From Gemmatimonadota bacterium (GTDB lineage Bacteria; Gemmatimonadota; Gemmatimonadetes; Longimicrobiales; Gaopeijiaceae), in NCBI GenBank assembly GCA_039589315.1, contig JBDHHQ010000004.1, positions 46,845 to 110,844 on the forward strand: a stretch of DNA of 64,000 nt. The letters run 5' to 3'. The notes beneath the pieces are model-generated. The model saw only the letters and a list, made by a program, of their open reading frames with translations, searched no databases and was not told the origin of the DNA. The first letter of the stretch is position 1; the number at the start of each line of letters is the position of its first letter. Positions 9,481-19,091 of the stretch are shown in pieces. A program made the position numbers and the translations under genes.

Positions 9481-11532
9481 ATGTCGGACAAGCGTCTCGC
9501 CGTCGACGTGGGCGGCACGTTCATCGACTTCGTGCTACTGGACGAAGCCACCGGCGCGGTCGAGGTCGAAAAGGAGCCCTCCCTGATCCGCGAGCTCCCT
9601 GAGCACATCTTTCGAGGTATCAATCGGCTCGCAGTGGATCTTTCGGACCTCGAGATGATCATCCACGGGTCCACCATCGTGATCAACACCATCCTCCAGG
9701 AGGTAGGCGGCAAGGTGGGGCTCATCACGACCCAGGGCTTTCGGGACGTCCTCGAATTAGGGCGTGGCAACCGCCCGCAGGTCTACAACCTCCTGTACAA
9801 GCCGCCCAAGCCCCTCATTCCCCGCTACCTGCGATTCGAGGTGCCTGAGCGACTGAGCTACAAGGGCGAGGTCGTCACTCCGCTCGACGAGTCGGCGACG
9901 CGCGAGGCCATCGAAAAGCTGAAGGGCCGAGGGGTCGAGGCGATTGCCGTCTGCTTCCTTCATGCCTACGCCGACCCCGGCCACGAACGGAGGGTCAGGG
10001 AGATCGCGGCGGAAGCGTTCCCGGAAGCGTATGTGGCAATCTCCTCCGATGTGACCGGCGAGTTCCGCGAGTTCGAGCGGACGTCCACCGTGTCCCTGAA
10101 CACGTACGTGATGCCCCGGATCGGGGCATACCTGTCCGATCTCGAGCACCGACTGGCCGACGGTGGCTATCAGGGCGCCCTCAGCATCATCCAGTCGACC
10201 GGGGGCCTCATGTCGTCCGAAGAGGCTCGCCACCTCCCCATCAGGACCCTCGAGTCAGGGCCGGCCGGGGGCGTGATCGGCGCCGTTGCGCTCGGGAGGA
10301 AGATCGGCCAGTCAAACCTCATCGCCGCGGACGTCGGAGGAACCAGCTTCGACGTGGCGATGGTGCTCGACGGGCGACCATTCGAGAAGTCGGAGACGAC
10401 GGTAAACGAGCGCCCCGTCCTCCAGCCGACCATCGACATCGCCTCAATCGGCGCCGGTGGAGGCAGCATCGCGTGGATCGACGACGCGGGCGGGTTCAGG
10501 GTGGGTCCTCTCAGCGCGGAGGCGGATCCGGGTCCCGTGTGCTTCGGCCGAGGCGGGACCGAGCCCACGGTCACCGATGCTCATGTCGTCCTCGGGCGGA
10601 TCAACCCGGACCTGTTCCTGGGCCACCGGATGGAGCTCGACGTGGACGGAGCCGCGCAAGCCATTCAGGACAAGATCGCCGACCCCCTGGGGCTTACTCT
10701 GACCGAGGCTGCCTTCGGGATCACGCACCTGGCGGACACGAACATGATCCACGCCATTCGCCGGGTTACGATCGAGCGCGGGCACGACCCAAGAGATTTC
10801 AGCCTGCTCTGCTATGGAGGCGGCGGGGGTTTGTTCGCTGGATCCCTCATGAGGGAGATGCAGATCGGCCAGGCGATCATCCCCTTGAATCCAGCGGTCT
10901 TCTCGGCGTGGGGCATCTTGAACTCGGACTTCCGGGAGGACGCCGTTCGGACGTCCGTGATGCCCACGAGCGATCTGGATGCGGACCAGCTTCTGGCCCT
11001 GTTCGACGCGCTGCAGGAGCAGCTCGAGCAGAGGATGAAGAAGAATGCGCCCGGCGCCGAGGGCATGCGTCTGATCCACATGGCGGACATGCGGTACGAG
11101 GGGCAGGAACACACCGTGAAGGTGCCTCTGCCGCCCCCGGACGAGCTCAGGGCCCAGGGGATTCAGGCGGTGCAGGAGCGCTTCGACGAGCTGCACCAGA
11201 CGACGTACGCCCACTCGTCTCCCGGGATGCCGACCGAGCTCGTCAACCTGAGGATGGCGGCGGTCCTGGAGTCCAAGAAGCCGGAGCTCGCGGAGATCCA
11301 GGAAGGATCGGGCGACGGCAGCGCCGCCTTCAAGGCTAACCGGCAGGTCTACTTCAAGGACGTCGATGACGCGATGGACTGCCCCACCTTCGACCGGGGG
11401 GCCCTCGGCTCAGGGGACCGGATCGCGGGTCCTGCGATCATCGAGGAGTGGAACTCGACGACCATCGTGCATCCGGGGCAGCTCCTGGAGGTCGACGCGT
11501 ACGGCAACCTGATCATCAGCGAGGTGGCGTGA
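9481..11532 (+). CDS. Hydantoinase/5-oxoprolinase family subunit A (ATP-dependent cyclic amide hydrolase)
   Basis: AVDVGGTFID, HGSTIVIN, TTQGFRD, EFREFER, ESGPAGG, DVGGTSFD, GAGGGSIA, GPLSAEADPGP, GGGG, DMRYEGQ, GPAIIEE. Confidence 0.95.
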   Translation: MSDKRLAVDVGGTFIDFVLLDEATGAVEVEKEPSLIRELPEHIFRGINRLAVDLSDLEMIIHGSTIVINTILQEVGGKVGLITTQGFRDVLELGRGNRPQVYNLLYKPPKPLIPRYLRFEVPERLSYKGEVVTPLDESATREAIEKLKGRGVEAIAVCFLHAYADPGHERRVREIAAEAFPEAYVAISSDVTGEFREFERTSTVSLNTYVMPRIGAYLSDLEHRLADGGYQGALSIIQSTGGLMSSEEARHLPIRTLESGPAGGVIGAVALGRKIGQSNLIAADVGGTSFDVAMVLDGRPFEKSETTVNERPVLQPTIDIASIGAGGGSIAWIDDAGGFRVGPLSAEADPGPVCFGRGGTEPTVTDAHVVLGRINPDLFLGHRMELDVDGAAQAIQDKIADPLGLTLTEAAFGITHLADTNMIHAIRRVTIERGHDPRDFSLLCYGGGGGLFAGSLMREMQIGQAIIPLNPAVFSAWGILNSDFREDAVRTSVMPTSDLDADQLLALFDALQEQLEQRMKKNAPGAEGMRLIHMADMRYEGQEHTVKVPLPPPDELRAQGIQAVQERFDELHQTTYAHSSPGMPTELVNLRMAAVLESKKPELAEIQEGSGDGSAAFKANRQVYFKDVDDAMDCPTFDRGALGSGDRIAGPAIIEEWNSTTIVHPGQLLEVDAYGNLIISEVA

Positions 11533-11534
11533 CC

Positions 11535-13313
11535 ATGGCAACCGTATCGATGGAGAAGCAGATCGATCCCATCACGACCCAGGTAATCCGCAACGCGATG
11601 GTGACTGCCGCCGAGGAGATGCGCCTGACCTTGGTAAAGACGGCGTACAACCCGCTCATCTACGAGGTGCAGGACTTCGCCGTCGCCCTCCTGAACCGAG
11701 AGGGCGAGATGTTGGCCCAGGGCACGTCGCTACCGCTGTTCCTGCCCGCCCTCACGTTCACCATCAAGAGCGGCCTCGAGAAATTCGGCACCGGCGGCTT
11801 CGACGAGGGCGACGTGATGCTCGCCAACGATCCATATAGCACAGGAACGCACATCTCCGATACGTCCATCTACATGCCGATCTTCTTCGACGGCGAGCTC
11901 CAGGGCTTCTGTGCAAACACGGCGCATTGGGCAGACGTGGGTGGCAAGACCCCGGGCGGTTGGTGCCCGGACTCCAACGACGTCTTCCAGGAGGGAATGA
12001 TCTTTCCGCACCTGAAGCTCTACGAGGAGGGGCAGCTCAACCGGACCATGATGGACTACATCATGGCCAACACGCGCTTCCCCGACCTGGTCAGAGGTGA
12101 CCTGGGTGCTCAGATCGCGGCCTGCAAGACCGGCGTCAACCGGTACGTGGCGCTCTGCGAGAAGTACGGAGCCGAAACGGCCCGGGAGGCCATGGAGCTC
12201 GTGTTCGACCAGTCCGAGGCCCTCATGCGCCGCATGATCGGAGAGATGCCCGACGGGGAGTGGAGCGCGGAAACGTCGATGGATCACGACGGCATCGTCA
12301 AGGACGTGCAGCGCAAGATCAAGGTGACGGTCCGGATCGAGGGAGACGAAGCCACGGTCGACTTCACAGGCACGGACGAGACCGCCACGGGTCCGATCAA
12401 CTGTCCGCTCGCCGCGTCCCGAGCCGCCGCCGAGATCGCCTTCAAGTCGGCCACGCTGCCCCATGAGCCAGCCAACGAGGGTCACAGTCGGCCCCTAAAG
12501 GTGATCTCGCCGGAGCACACGATCACGAACCCGTCTTGGCCGGCCCCCTGTGACTCGTATGGCTACGCAGCGCTGATCATCATCGATCTGGTGAGCGAGG
12601 CACTGTCCTACGCCGTGCCGGATCGCACGGTGGCGGGGGAATACATGCTCTTCGGCGCCTGGTTCTTCCGCACCGACCCACGTTTCGGCAAGCCGTTCAT
12701 ATACATCGATCCCGTGGACGGGGGCGGCGGCGCGTCTTCCTTCGACGACGGAGCAGACGGGCTCATATTCCACGGTGACGGGGACGCGCCCAACACGCCG
12801 GTGGAGGTGGCCGAGTCCCGATATCCGATTCGCATCGAGCGCTACGAGCTCCACACCGAGGAATACGGCGTGGGCAGATTCCGTGGCGGGATGGGGACCA
12901 TTCGGGACTACCGGTTCCTCACGGACAGCGTCTCCACCCAAGTCGCCAACGAGCAGACGAAGTGCCGGCCCCACGGCCTGCATGGCGGGGCCGACGCGGG
13001 GATCAATCGGCTGTGGGTGCGCCCCGGCACCGAACAGCAGGAGATCATCACGGAGCGGGTCTCGTTCTATGGTCCGTTCGTGACCAACGACGTCCTGAGC
13101 TGCCGCACCGGCGGAGGCGGGGGATTCGGAGATCCGCTGGAGCGGGATCCCGAGCGGGTTCGATGGGAAGTCCTGAACGAGCTCCTGACTCCGGAGCAGG
13201 CGAGAGAGTCGTACGGCGTCATCGTCGGGGAGGACGGAGATGGAGATCCGGTCATCGACCTGGCCGCCACCGAGGCGCTCCGAACGGAAAGACGAGCTTC
13301 GGCGAGCGCCTAG
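11535..13313 (+). CDS. Hydantoinase B/oxoprolinase family subunit
   Basis: DPITTQVI, NDPYSTGTHISD, AHWADVGG, FQEG, DFTGT, NTPVE, GRFRGG, GGGGGFGDPLER; follows subunit A directly. Confidence 0.95.
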   Translation: MATVSMEKQIDPITTQVIRNAMVTAAEEMRLTLVKTAYNPLIYEVQDFAVALLNREGEMLAQGTSLPLFLPALTFTIKSGLEKFGTGGFDEGDVMLANDPYSTGTHISDTSIYMPIFFDGELQGFCANTAHWADVGGKTPGGWCPDSNDVFQEGMIFPHLKLYEEGQLNRTMMDYIMANTRFPDLVRGDLGAQIAACKTGVNRYVALCEKYGAETAREAMELVFDQSEALMRRMIGEMPDGEWSAETSMDHDGIVKDVQRKIKVTVRIEGDEATVDFTGTDETATGPINCPLAASRAAAEIAFKSATLPHEPANEGHSRPLKVISPEHTITNPSWPAPCDSYGYAALIIIDLVSEALSYAVPDRTVAGEYMLFGAWFFRTDPRFGKPFIYIDPVDGGGGASSFDDGADGLIFHGDGDAPNTPVEVAESRYPIRIERYELHTEEYGVGRFRGGMGTIRDYRFLTDSVSTQVANEQTKCRPHGLHGGADAGINRLWVRPGTEQQEIITERVSFYGPFVTNDVLSCRTGGGGGFGDPLERDPERVRWEVLNELLTPEQARESYGVIVGEDGDGDPVIDLAATEALRTERRASASA

Positions 13314-13340
13314 AATCGAGGGGGCCGAGGGCTAGAGGCC

Positions 13341-13381
13341 GGGTCGCCGGGCAGCCAGGCGTCGCCGGGCGCCCGGGACCC
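13341..13381. terminator. Long imperfect GC hairpin between convergent genes, possible bidirectional terminator
   Basis: GGGTC-GCCGGGC...GCCCGG-GACCC inverted repeat between the stops at 13313 and 13389; no clear U-tract. Confidence 0.4.
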
Positions 13382-13388
13382 ACGAACC

Positions 13389-14759
13389 TCAGTTCGAGGC
13401 CGACGCTAGCGCCGGCTTGTACTGGACGCCGCCCTTGAAGACGTAGAGGACGTTGCGCTGGTCGAGGGCGCTCATGTGCCTCAGCGGATTCCCGTCCACG
13501 ACGATGATATCCGCCAGCTTGCCAGGCTCGATCGTGCCCAGGTCGTCACTCATTCCCACCAGGTCGGCGAAGTGGCGCGTGGCCATGCTGATGACCTTCA
13601 TCGGTGGGATGCCATACGACACGAACAGGTCCATCTCCTGCCACGTGGATTCCCAGTGGAAGTTCATGGGCGTGCCCGAGTCGGTACCGATCACGAGCCG
13701 CACGCCCCCGTCGTAGGCTTGGCGGATCTTGGCCGCGTGGGTGCGATTCGCGTCCTTCGCCCCCTCGAAGTATCCGAGCCTTCCGGGCCAGCGGATGGAC
13801 TCCCGCACGTCCTCGAAGACGTCCGGCGGCAGATCCCGACTCAGCTGGCGTTCGTCCAGCCGCTCGGGGTATGCCGTCGTGATGTCGTAGATACGGCTGA
13901 CGATGGACGTCGGCGAGTAGAAGATCCCGTGGTCGGCCATGAGCTTGATGCTCTCCGCTTCCCGCAGCGGCTTCCGGCCTGCGCCCACGTGCTCGATGGA
14001 CCGCGCCCCCATCTCGGCAGCAGCCCGCACCTCCTCGAGCGTGCTGGCGTGCACGACGATCTGCCGCCCCGCCGCGTGGGCCTCCTCTGCGATGGCCATC
14101 CGTTCTTCCCGCGTCATCCGGGCGAGCTGGATCACCTTGATCATGTCGACCCCGGTGTCGATGAGCTCACGGGTCTTGCGCGCGGCATCCTCGGGGCCGT
14201 CCACCAGGGTGCGCACGAAGGCCTGTCCCGGTGGTGTGGTCTTCTGGAGGAAATTGCCGGTGACCAGGAGGCGAGGGCCCACGATCCGTCCCGCGTCGAT
14301 CTCGTCACGGATCCAGACCGCGTCCTCGGTGAGGGCGGCCAGATCGCGCGCGCTCGTGACCCCAGCCATCAGCAGCTGAGGAGCGGAGATCTCCATGAAC
14401 TCCCTCATCCGGTTCTGCTCGTAGTGGTAGCGCGGGAAGTATTCTCCGTAGACCCCGTGACCGATCAACAGAAGGTGGACGTGGGAATCACTGAGGCCGG
14501 GCATCACGGTGTAGCCCTCGGCGTCGACGACCCGGTAGCCGGAGGGGATCTCCGTGTCCGATACCCTCCCCACGTGGGAGATGCGCTCCCCTTCAACGAG
14601 CACGACCGCATCCCGCACCGGAGGCGCTTCGGTCCCGTCGATGAGATAGCCACCGACAATGGCCAGCCGGTCGGATCCCTGGGCCGAGACCGGCCCGGCC
14701 CCTAGCACGGTGACGGCCAATGCGAGCGAGACTGCTGCGGCGGCTCCGTACCTTCTCAT
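13389..14759 (-). CDS. Exported metal-dependent amidohydrolase (paralog A1)
   Basis: Sec signal ending VSA-Q; DSHVH, DMIK, VVHAS, SIEH, GTDSGTPMNFH, GTIEPGKLAD. Confidence 0.92.
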   Translation of the reverse strand: MRRYGAAAAVSLALAVTVLGAGPVSAQGSDRLAIVGGYLIDGTEAPPVRDAVVLVEGERISHVGRVSDTEIPSGYRVVDAEGYTVMPGLSDSHVHLLLIGHGVYGEYFPRYHYEQNRMREFMEISAPQLLMAGVTSARDLAALTEDAVWIRDEIDAGRIVGPRLLVTGNFLQKTTPPGQAFVRTLVDGPEDAARKTRELIDTGVDMIKVIQLARMTREERMAIAEEAHAAGRQIVVHASTLEEVRAAAEMGARSIEHVGAGRKPLREAESIKLMADHGIFYSPTSIVSRIYDITTAYPERLDERQLSRDLPPDVFEDVRESIRWPGRLGYFEGAKDANRTHAAKIRQAYDGGVRLVIGTDSGTPMNFHWESTWQEMDLFVSYGIPPMKVISMATRHFADLVGMSDDLGTIEPGKLADIIVVDGNPLRHMSALDQRNVLYVFKGGVQYKPALASASN

Positions 14760-14856
14760 ACGTGGCTCCTGTCGTAGGCTCGGACGGACCGTGTTGGTGG
14801 AACGATCGCAGGGTTGGACGAGACCCGGGGGTGCGGGCGGAGGGCTTCTCCGGCCG

Positions 14857-16236
14857 TCACCGGGTACCGGCAACCTCGTTGTCGTCTGGGCTCTTGTACT
14901 GGACTCCGCCCTTGATCACGTAGAGGACGTGCCTCTGGTCGAGGACGCTCATGTCCTCCAACGGGTTACCGTCCACCACGATGAGGTCCGCGTAGCGGCC
15001 CTCTTCGATCGTCCCCAGATCGTCGCCCATGCCGTACAGCTCGGCGGGCAGACGGGTGGCCGCGGCGATGACTTGCATCGGAGGCATCCCGTACTGCACC
15101 AGCAGGTCCATCTCCTGCCAGGTGGACTCGTAGTGGAAGTTCATGGGGGTGCCCGAGTCCGTGCCGACCAGGACACGAACGCCCCCGTCGATGAGCTGCC
15201 TCAGCTTCTGGGCGTGCCAGGGGTTGATCCACTTCTTCTGATCGAAGTAGTCGAGGCGGCTCGGATGGCGAAGGGACGCCCGCACGTCCTCGTAGATATC
15301 CGGCGGCAGATCCTCCTTCAGCTGTCGCTCGTCGAGCCGCTCCGGATATGCCTGCGTGACGTTGTAGATCTTCGAGACCACGGTCGTGAAGCAGGAAGCG
15401 ACGCGCTCCACTGCCATCAGGCGCACGCTCTCCTCCGCGTAGAAGGGCTCGGGCCTCGCGTTGACGTGTTCGATGGTGCTGGCGCCGAGCTCGACGGCGG
15501 CCGCCAGCTCCTCAGCCGTGTAGCCGTGGGCGGCGATATGGAGCCCAGCCCGGTCGGCCTCTTCCCGGATCGCCGCTCGCTCCTCCGGCGTCAGCATGTG
15601 CGCCTGGGTGACCTTGATGAGGTCCACCCCGGCCTCCTCGAGTTGGCGCACCTTGGCGCGCGCGTCCTCTGGCCCGTCGATGAGCCAGCGGAAGAAGAGC
15701 TGGTCGGGACTGCTCGTCTTCTGCAGGAATGGCCCGGAGACGAACAGGCGGGGGCCGGGCAGACGTCCTTCCTCGACCTCGCGCTTCAGCCAGAGCATCT
15801 CGTCCGGCGGACCGCCCAGGTCGCGGGCGCTGGTGACGCCCGCCATGAGGAGCTGTCTGGCCGAGATCGGCAGGATCTCGCGCATGCGGTCCTCGTACCG
15901 GAGGAAGTACTCCGAGTACACGCCGTGGCCCACGATCATGAGGTGGACGTGGCAGTCATGCAGCCCCGGGAGGACCGAGTAGCCATTGGCATCGATCACC
16001 CGGTATCCGTCCGGGACCTCCGTGTCGGCGACTGTCCCCACCCGCGCGATGCGGTCGTCCTCGACCAGGATCACCGCGTCCTGGACCGGAGGCCCTTCGT
16101 TGCCGTCGATGAGGTAGCCGCCGACGATGGCGAGTCGATTCGGCAGTGACTCCTGCGCCGGGGTGTCGTCGGCCCAGAGGGCGCAGGCAAGGAGCGCCGA
16201 CACGGCCACCCCGACCATGTGCAAGTAGGTCTTCAT
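14857..16236 (-). CDS. Exported metal-dependent amidohydrolase (paralog A2)
   Basis: Signal peptide; DCHVH, DLIK, AAHG, TIEH, GTDSGTPMNFHYESTW. Confidence 0.92.
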   Translation of the reverse strand: MKTYLHMVGVAVSALLACALWADDTPAQESLPNRLAIVGGYLIDGNEGPPVQDAVILVEDDRIARVGTVADTEVPDGYRVIDANGYSVLPGLHDCHVHLMIVGHGVYSEYFLRYEDRMREILPISARQLLMAGVTSARDLGGPPDEMLWLKREVEEGRLPGPRLFVSGPFLQKTSSPDQLFFRWLIDGPEDARAKVRQLEEAGVDLIKVTQAHMLTPEERAAIREEADRAGLHIAAHGYTAEELAAAVELGASTIEHVNARPEPFYAEESVRLMAVERVASCFTTVVSKIYNVTQAYPERLDERQLKEDLPPDIYEDVRASLRHPSRLDYFDQKKWINPWHAQKLRQLIDGGVRVLVGTDSGTPMNFHYESTWQEMDLLVQYGMPPMQVIAAATRLPAELYGMGDDLGTIEEGRYADLIVVDGNPLEDMSVLDQRHVLYVIKGGVQYKSPDDNEVAGTR

Positions 16237-16293
16237 CTTGCCTTCCCCTCCGCACGTATCTGGGAAGTCACCCGGGGTCTGGCCTGTTGGTCA

Positions 16294-17694
16294 TCACATC
16301 CGTGGACCTTGTGGCCCCTTGTATTGGACGCCGCCCTTGAACACGTAGATCACGTTGTTCTGCTCGAGCGCGCTCATGTGGCGGAGAGGATTCCCGTTCA
16401 CCAGGATGATGTCGGCCAGCTTGCCGGGCTCCAACGTCCCCAGATCGTCGTACATCCCGTACAGTAGCGCCGGATAGCGCGTCGCCATCGTAATGACCCT
16501 CATCGGAGGAAGCCCGTACCGTACGAGCTGGTCCATTTCCATCCATGTGGACTCGTAGTGGAAGTTCATCGGCGTTCCCGAGTCCGTACCGAGCGCGAAC
16601 CGGACGCCGGCGTCATAGAGCTGCCACACCTTCTCTTTGAACTTCCGGTCTTCCTCACCGTCGTCGAAGAAGTAGCCCAGCCGGCTCGGCCACTGGAGGG
16701 ACTGCCTCACGTCGGCGTAGAGGTCGGGGGGGAGATCGGCCCTGAGCTGCTGGTTGTCCAGACGCTCCGGAAGCTCCTTGTGGATGTCGATGAGGAGGTT
16801 GTGCACCACGGTGGGGACCCAGAAGATCCCCCCGCTCACCATGAGCTCCACCGCTTCGTCGTCATAGCGGGGCTGGTTGCCATAGCCCAGGTGCTCGATG
16901 GAGCCCACTCGCATTTCGGCGGCGGCCCGGATCTCCTCCAGGCTGCTCGCGTGGACGGCCATGTGCATGCCCGCGGCGTGCGCTTCGTCGGCGATGGCCA
17001 TGCGCTCGTCGGGGCTGAGCTGGTTCAGCTGGATTACCTTGAGCAGGTCCACGCCGGAGTCGATCAGACGACGGGCTTTGGCCCTGGCATCCTCGGGGCC
17101 GTCCACGGTCCAGCGGAAGAACGCCTGATGCCCCGAGTCGTAGTTGGGGCCACCTCCGCCGGGCAGGGACTTCTGCAGGAAGGGTCCCGAGACGATCATG
17201 CGGGGACCCTCCACCCGCCCCGCGTTGATCTCGTCACGGACCCACAGAGACTCCTCCAGCGGCCCTCCGAGATCCCGGGCGGTGGTCACCCCCGCCCTGA
17301 GGAGCTGGGCGGCGGAGATCGACATGATCTCCCTCCAGCGGTCCTGACCTTCATAGCGGGGGAAGTACTCGTCGTAAACTCCGTGACCCACGATGAAGAG
17401 GTGGGCGTGGGCTTCGTTGAGGCCGGGCATGACCGTGAGTCCGTTGGCGTCGACAACCCGATATCCCGAGGGAATGTCGGTGTCGGCCTCCGTTCCCACG
17501 TGGGCGATGCGGTCTCCATCCACGAGGACCACCGAGTTCTGGATCGGTACGCCCTCCGTGCCGTCGATGAGGTACCCGCCCACGATTGCCAGCCGGTTCG
17601 TGCTCTGCGCCTGAACCGTCGTGGCCTCCAGGCCAGTCGACAGCAGTGTGATGGCCGTCGCGGCGATCCACACGCGGATTTGGCTCCTGATCAT
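16294..17694 (-). CDS. Exported metal-dependent amidohydrolase (paralog A3)
   Basis: ATG 17694; signal ending VQA-Q; EAHAH, DLLK, AVHAS, SIEH, GTDSGTPMNFHYESTW. Confidence 0.92.
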   Translation of the reverse strand: MIRSQIRVWIAATAITLLSTGLEATTVQAQSTNRLAIVGGYLIDGTEGVPIQNSVVLVDGDRIAHVGTEADTDIPSGYRVVDANGLTVMPGLNEAHAHLFIVGHGVYDEYFPRYEGQDRWREIMSISAAQLLRAGVTTARDLGGPLEESLWVRDEINAGRVEGPRMIVSGPFLQKSLPGGGGPNYDSGHQAFFRWTVDGPEDARAKARRLIDSGVDLLKVIQLNQLSPDERMAIADEAHAAGMHMAVHASSLEEIRAAAEMRVGSIEHLGYGNQPRYDDEAVELMVSGGIFWVPTVVHNLLIDIHKELPERLDNQQLRADLPPDLYADVRQSLQWPSRLGYFFDDGEEDRKFKEKVWQLYDAGVRFALGTDSGTPMNFHYESTWMEMDQLVRYGLPPMRVITMATRYPALLYGMYDDLGTLEPGKLADIILVNGNPLRHMSALEQNNVIYVFKGGVQYKGPQGPRM

Positions 17695-17739
17695 GGTCCT
17701 GCCCTGTTCTGGAGACTCGAAGCCCACACCACCCCTTCG

Positions 17740-18990
17740 TCACCCACTCAGGCCGCCGGCGAATCCTGCCAGGTGACCCCTGTCGATGATCTGCCGCCCC
17801 GCCACCGTCGAGTTACAGTTGAACATGGCGAAATGGGTGTGGTTCGGCGCCTTGCGCGTGGAGTCGCCGCTTCCCGAGTATCCCGTCTCCTTGCCCCCGG
17901 TGCCGTGTCCGAAGTTCATGCCCAGGGAGTATAGGAGGCTGCCGATCCTGTTGTGGTGGTAGTTGCCGATGTCACCCGAGCCGGTCAGCTCGGTAGATTC
18001 GTGCGTGCCGTACCCCCAGTGGCTGAGTCCGAACGATTCGGGGTGGTCATACGACTCGAGAAGCGCCTGGAACTGGCGCGCTCGCTTCCCTCCTTCGATC
18101 TCCGTTACGTAGCCACCCTCGAACGTGAGGCGGATCTGCTCATCGAGGATCTGCGGGAACAGCGACGTCACCATGTCGCCGGGCTGGAGAACCAGCACGC
18201 CTTCGGCGCTGTCCTCCTGGGGCATGCAGGCCACACAGCCGTAGCCGAAGTTGTCCCATCTTCCCGGAAAGTCGGCGATGCCGTACTGGGCGTGGCCGGG
18301 CCTTCCCTCCATGGAGCAGCGCCAGTCGGAGCCGGCGTCGCTCGTCACACCCAGCTCACCCCGGGTCTCGTCCAGGAGGATCGCTCCGCGGAGCGTGCGC
18401 TCCCGGCGTTCGGCCGTGGGGAAGTAACGCTGCTGGCGTTCCAGGTCGTAGCCGAGCTGGAGCCACCGCGTCTTCGAGCCCCCGTGGTTGATGTAGTCGT
18501 GGTCGGTCTTGTAGGAGTGGTTCCCGACCTTTACGCCGTACGCGGTCTGTGGTGCCGGGAGACCCGGCGTGGCGCCCAGCCGGGTAGTGATGAGCAGGTC
18601 GGCCTGAGCGTAGAGGTCCCAGTGGACCGCAGTCAACGCGTAGCCGGGCGGCGCGCCCAGGTTGCCCAGGTCCTCATCCTCGTGAGGCGGATGGGAGATC
18701 ACGGCCACCTGCATGCCGGTGGCGCCGATCTCGCTCGCGGCCACGAGCATGGCCTGCATGTAGTCCACGTCGTAGACCATCGGGGTGGCGAGAACGAACG
18801 TCTCTCCTGCCGTCAGGAGATTCTGCTCGAGGATGCGCCTACAGTGGGCCAGGAGCAGGGCCGACGGGTCTGGCCCGTTGACCGCAGTTTCGGACGTGGC
18901 CATCAACCACTCTCGCGACACGGGTGCGCCCGCGAATGCCGCCGATGCGCCCCCCGCGGCGCTCGCCTTTAGGAAATCCCGTCGCTTCAC
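17740..18990 (-). CDS. Tat-exported NicX-like (2,5-dihydroxypyridine dioxygenase / M29 fold) metalloprotein, H-x-H variant
   Basis: SD AGGAGG, GTG 18990; Tat motif KRRDFLK; QYGIADFPGRWDN, PQEDSAEGVLVLQPGD, GLSHWGYG, NHTHF. Confidence 0.75.
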   Translation of the reverse strand: MKRRDFLKASAAGGASAAFAGAPVSREWLMATSETAVNGPDPSALLLAHCRRILEQNLLTAGETFVLATPMVYDVDYMQAMLVAASEIGATGMQVAVISHPPHEDEDLGNLGAPPGYALTAVHWDLYAQADLLITTRLGATPGLPAPQTAYGVKVGNHSYKTDHDYINHGGSKTRWLQLGYDLERQQRYFPTAERRERTLRGAILLDETRGELGVTSDAGSDWRCSMEGRPGHAQYGIADFPGRWDNFGYGCVACMPQEDSAEGVLVLQPGDMVTSLFPQILDEQIRLTFEGGYVTEIEGGKRARQFQALLESYDHPESFGLSHWGYGTHESTELTGSGDIGNYHHNRIGSLLYSLGMNFGHGTGGKETGYSGSGDSTRKAPNHTHFAMFNCNSTVAGRQIIDRGHLAGFAGGLSG

Positions 18991-19091
18991 TTGAATCCTC
19001 CTGTCTTTCAGGGTCGATGCCAGCCGACGGCCGTCCGGGTGTGTAGCCGGATTCCGTCGCCGAGAGAACGGCTGTGCTCGTGCGGTCGGAC

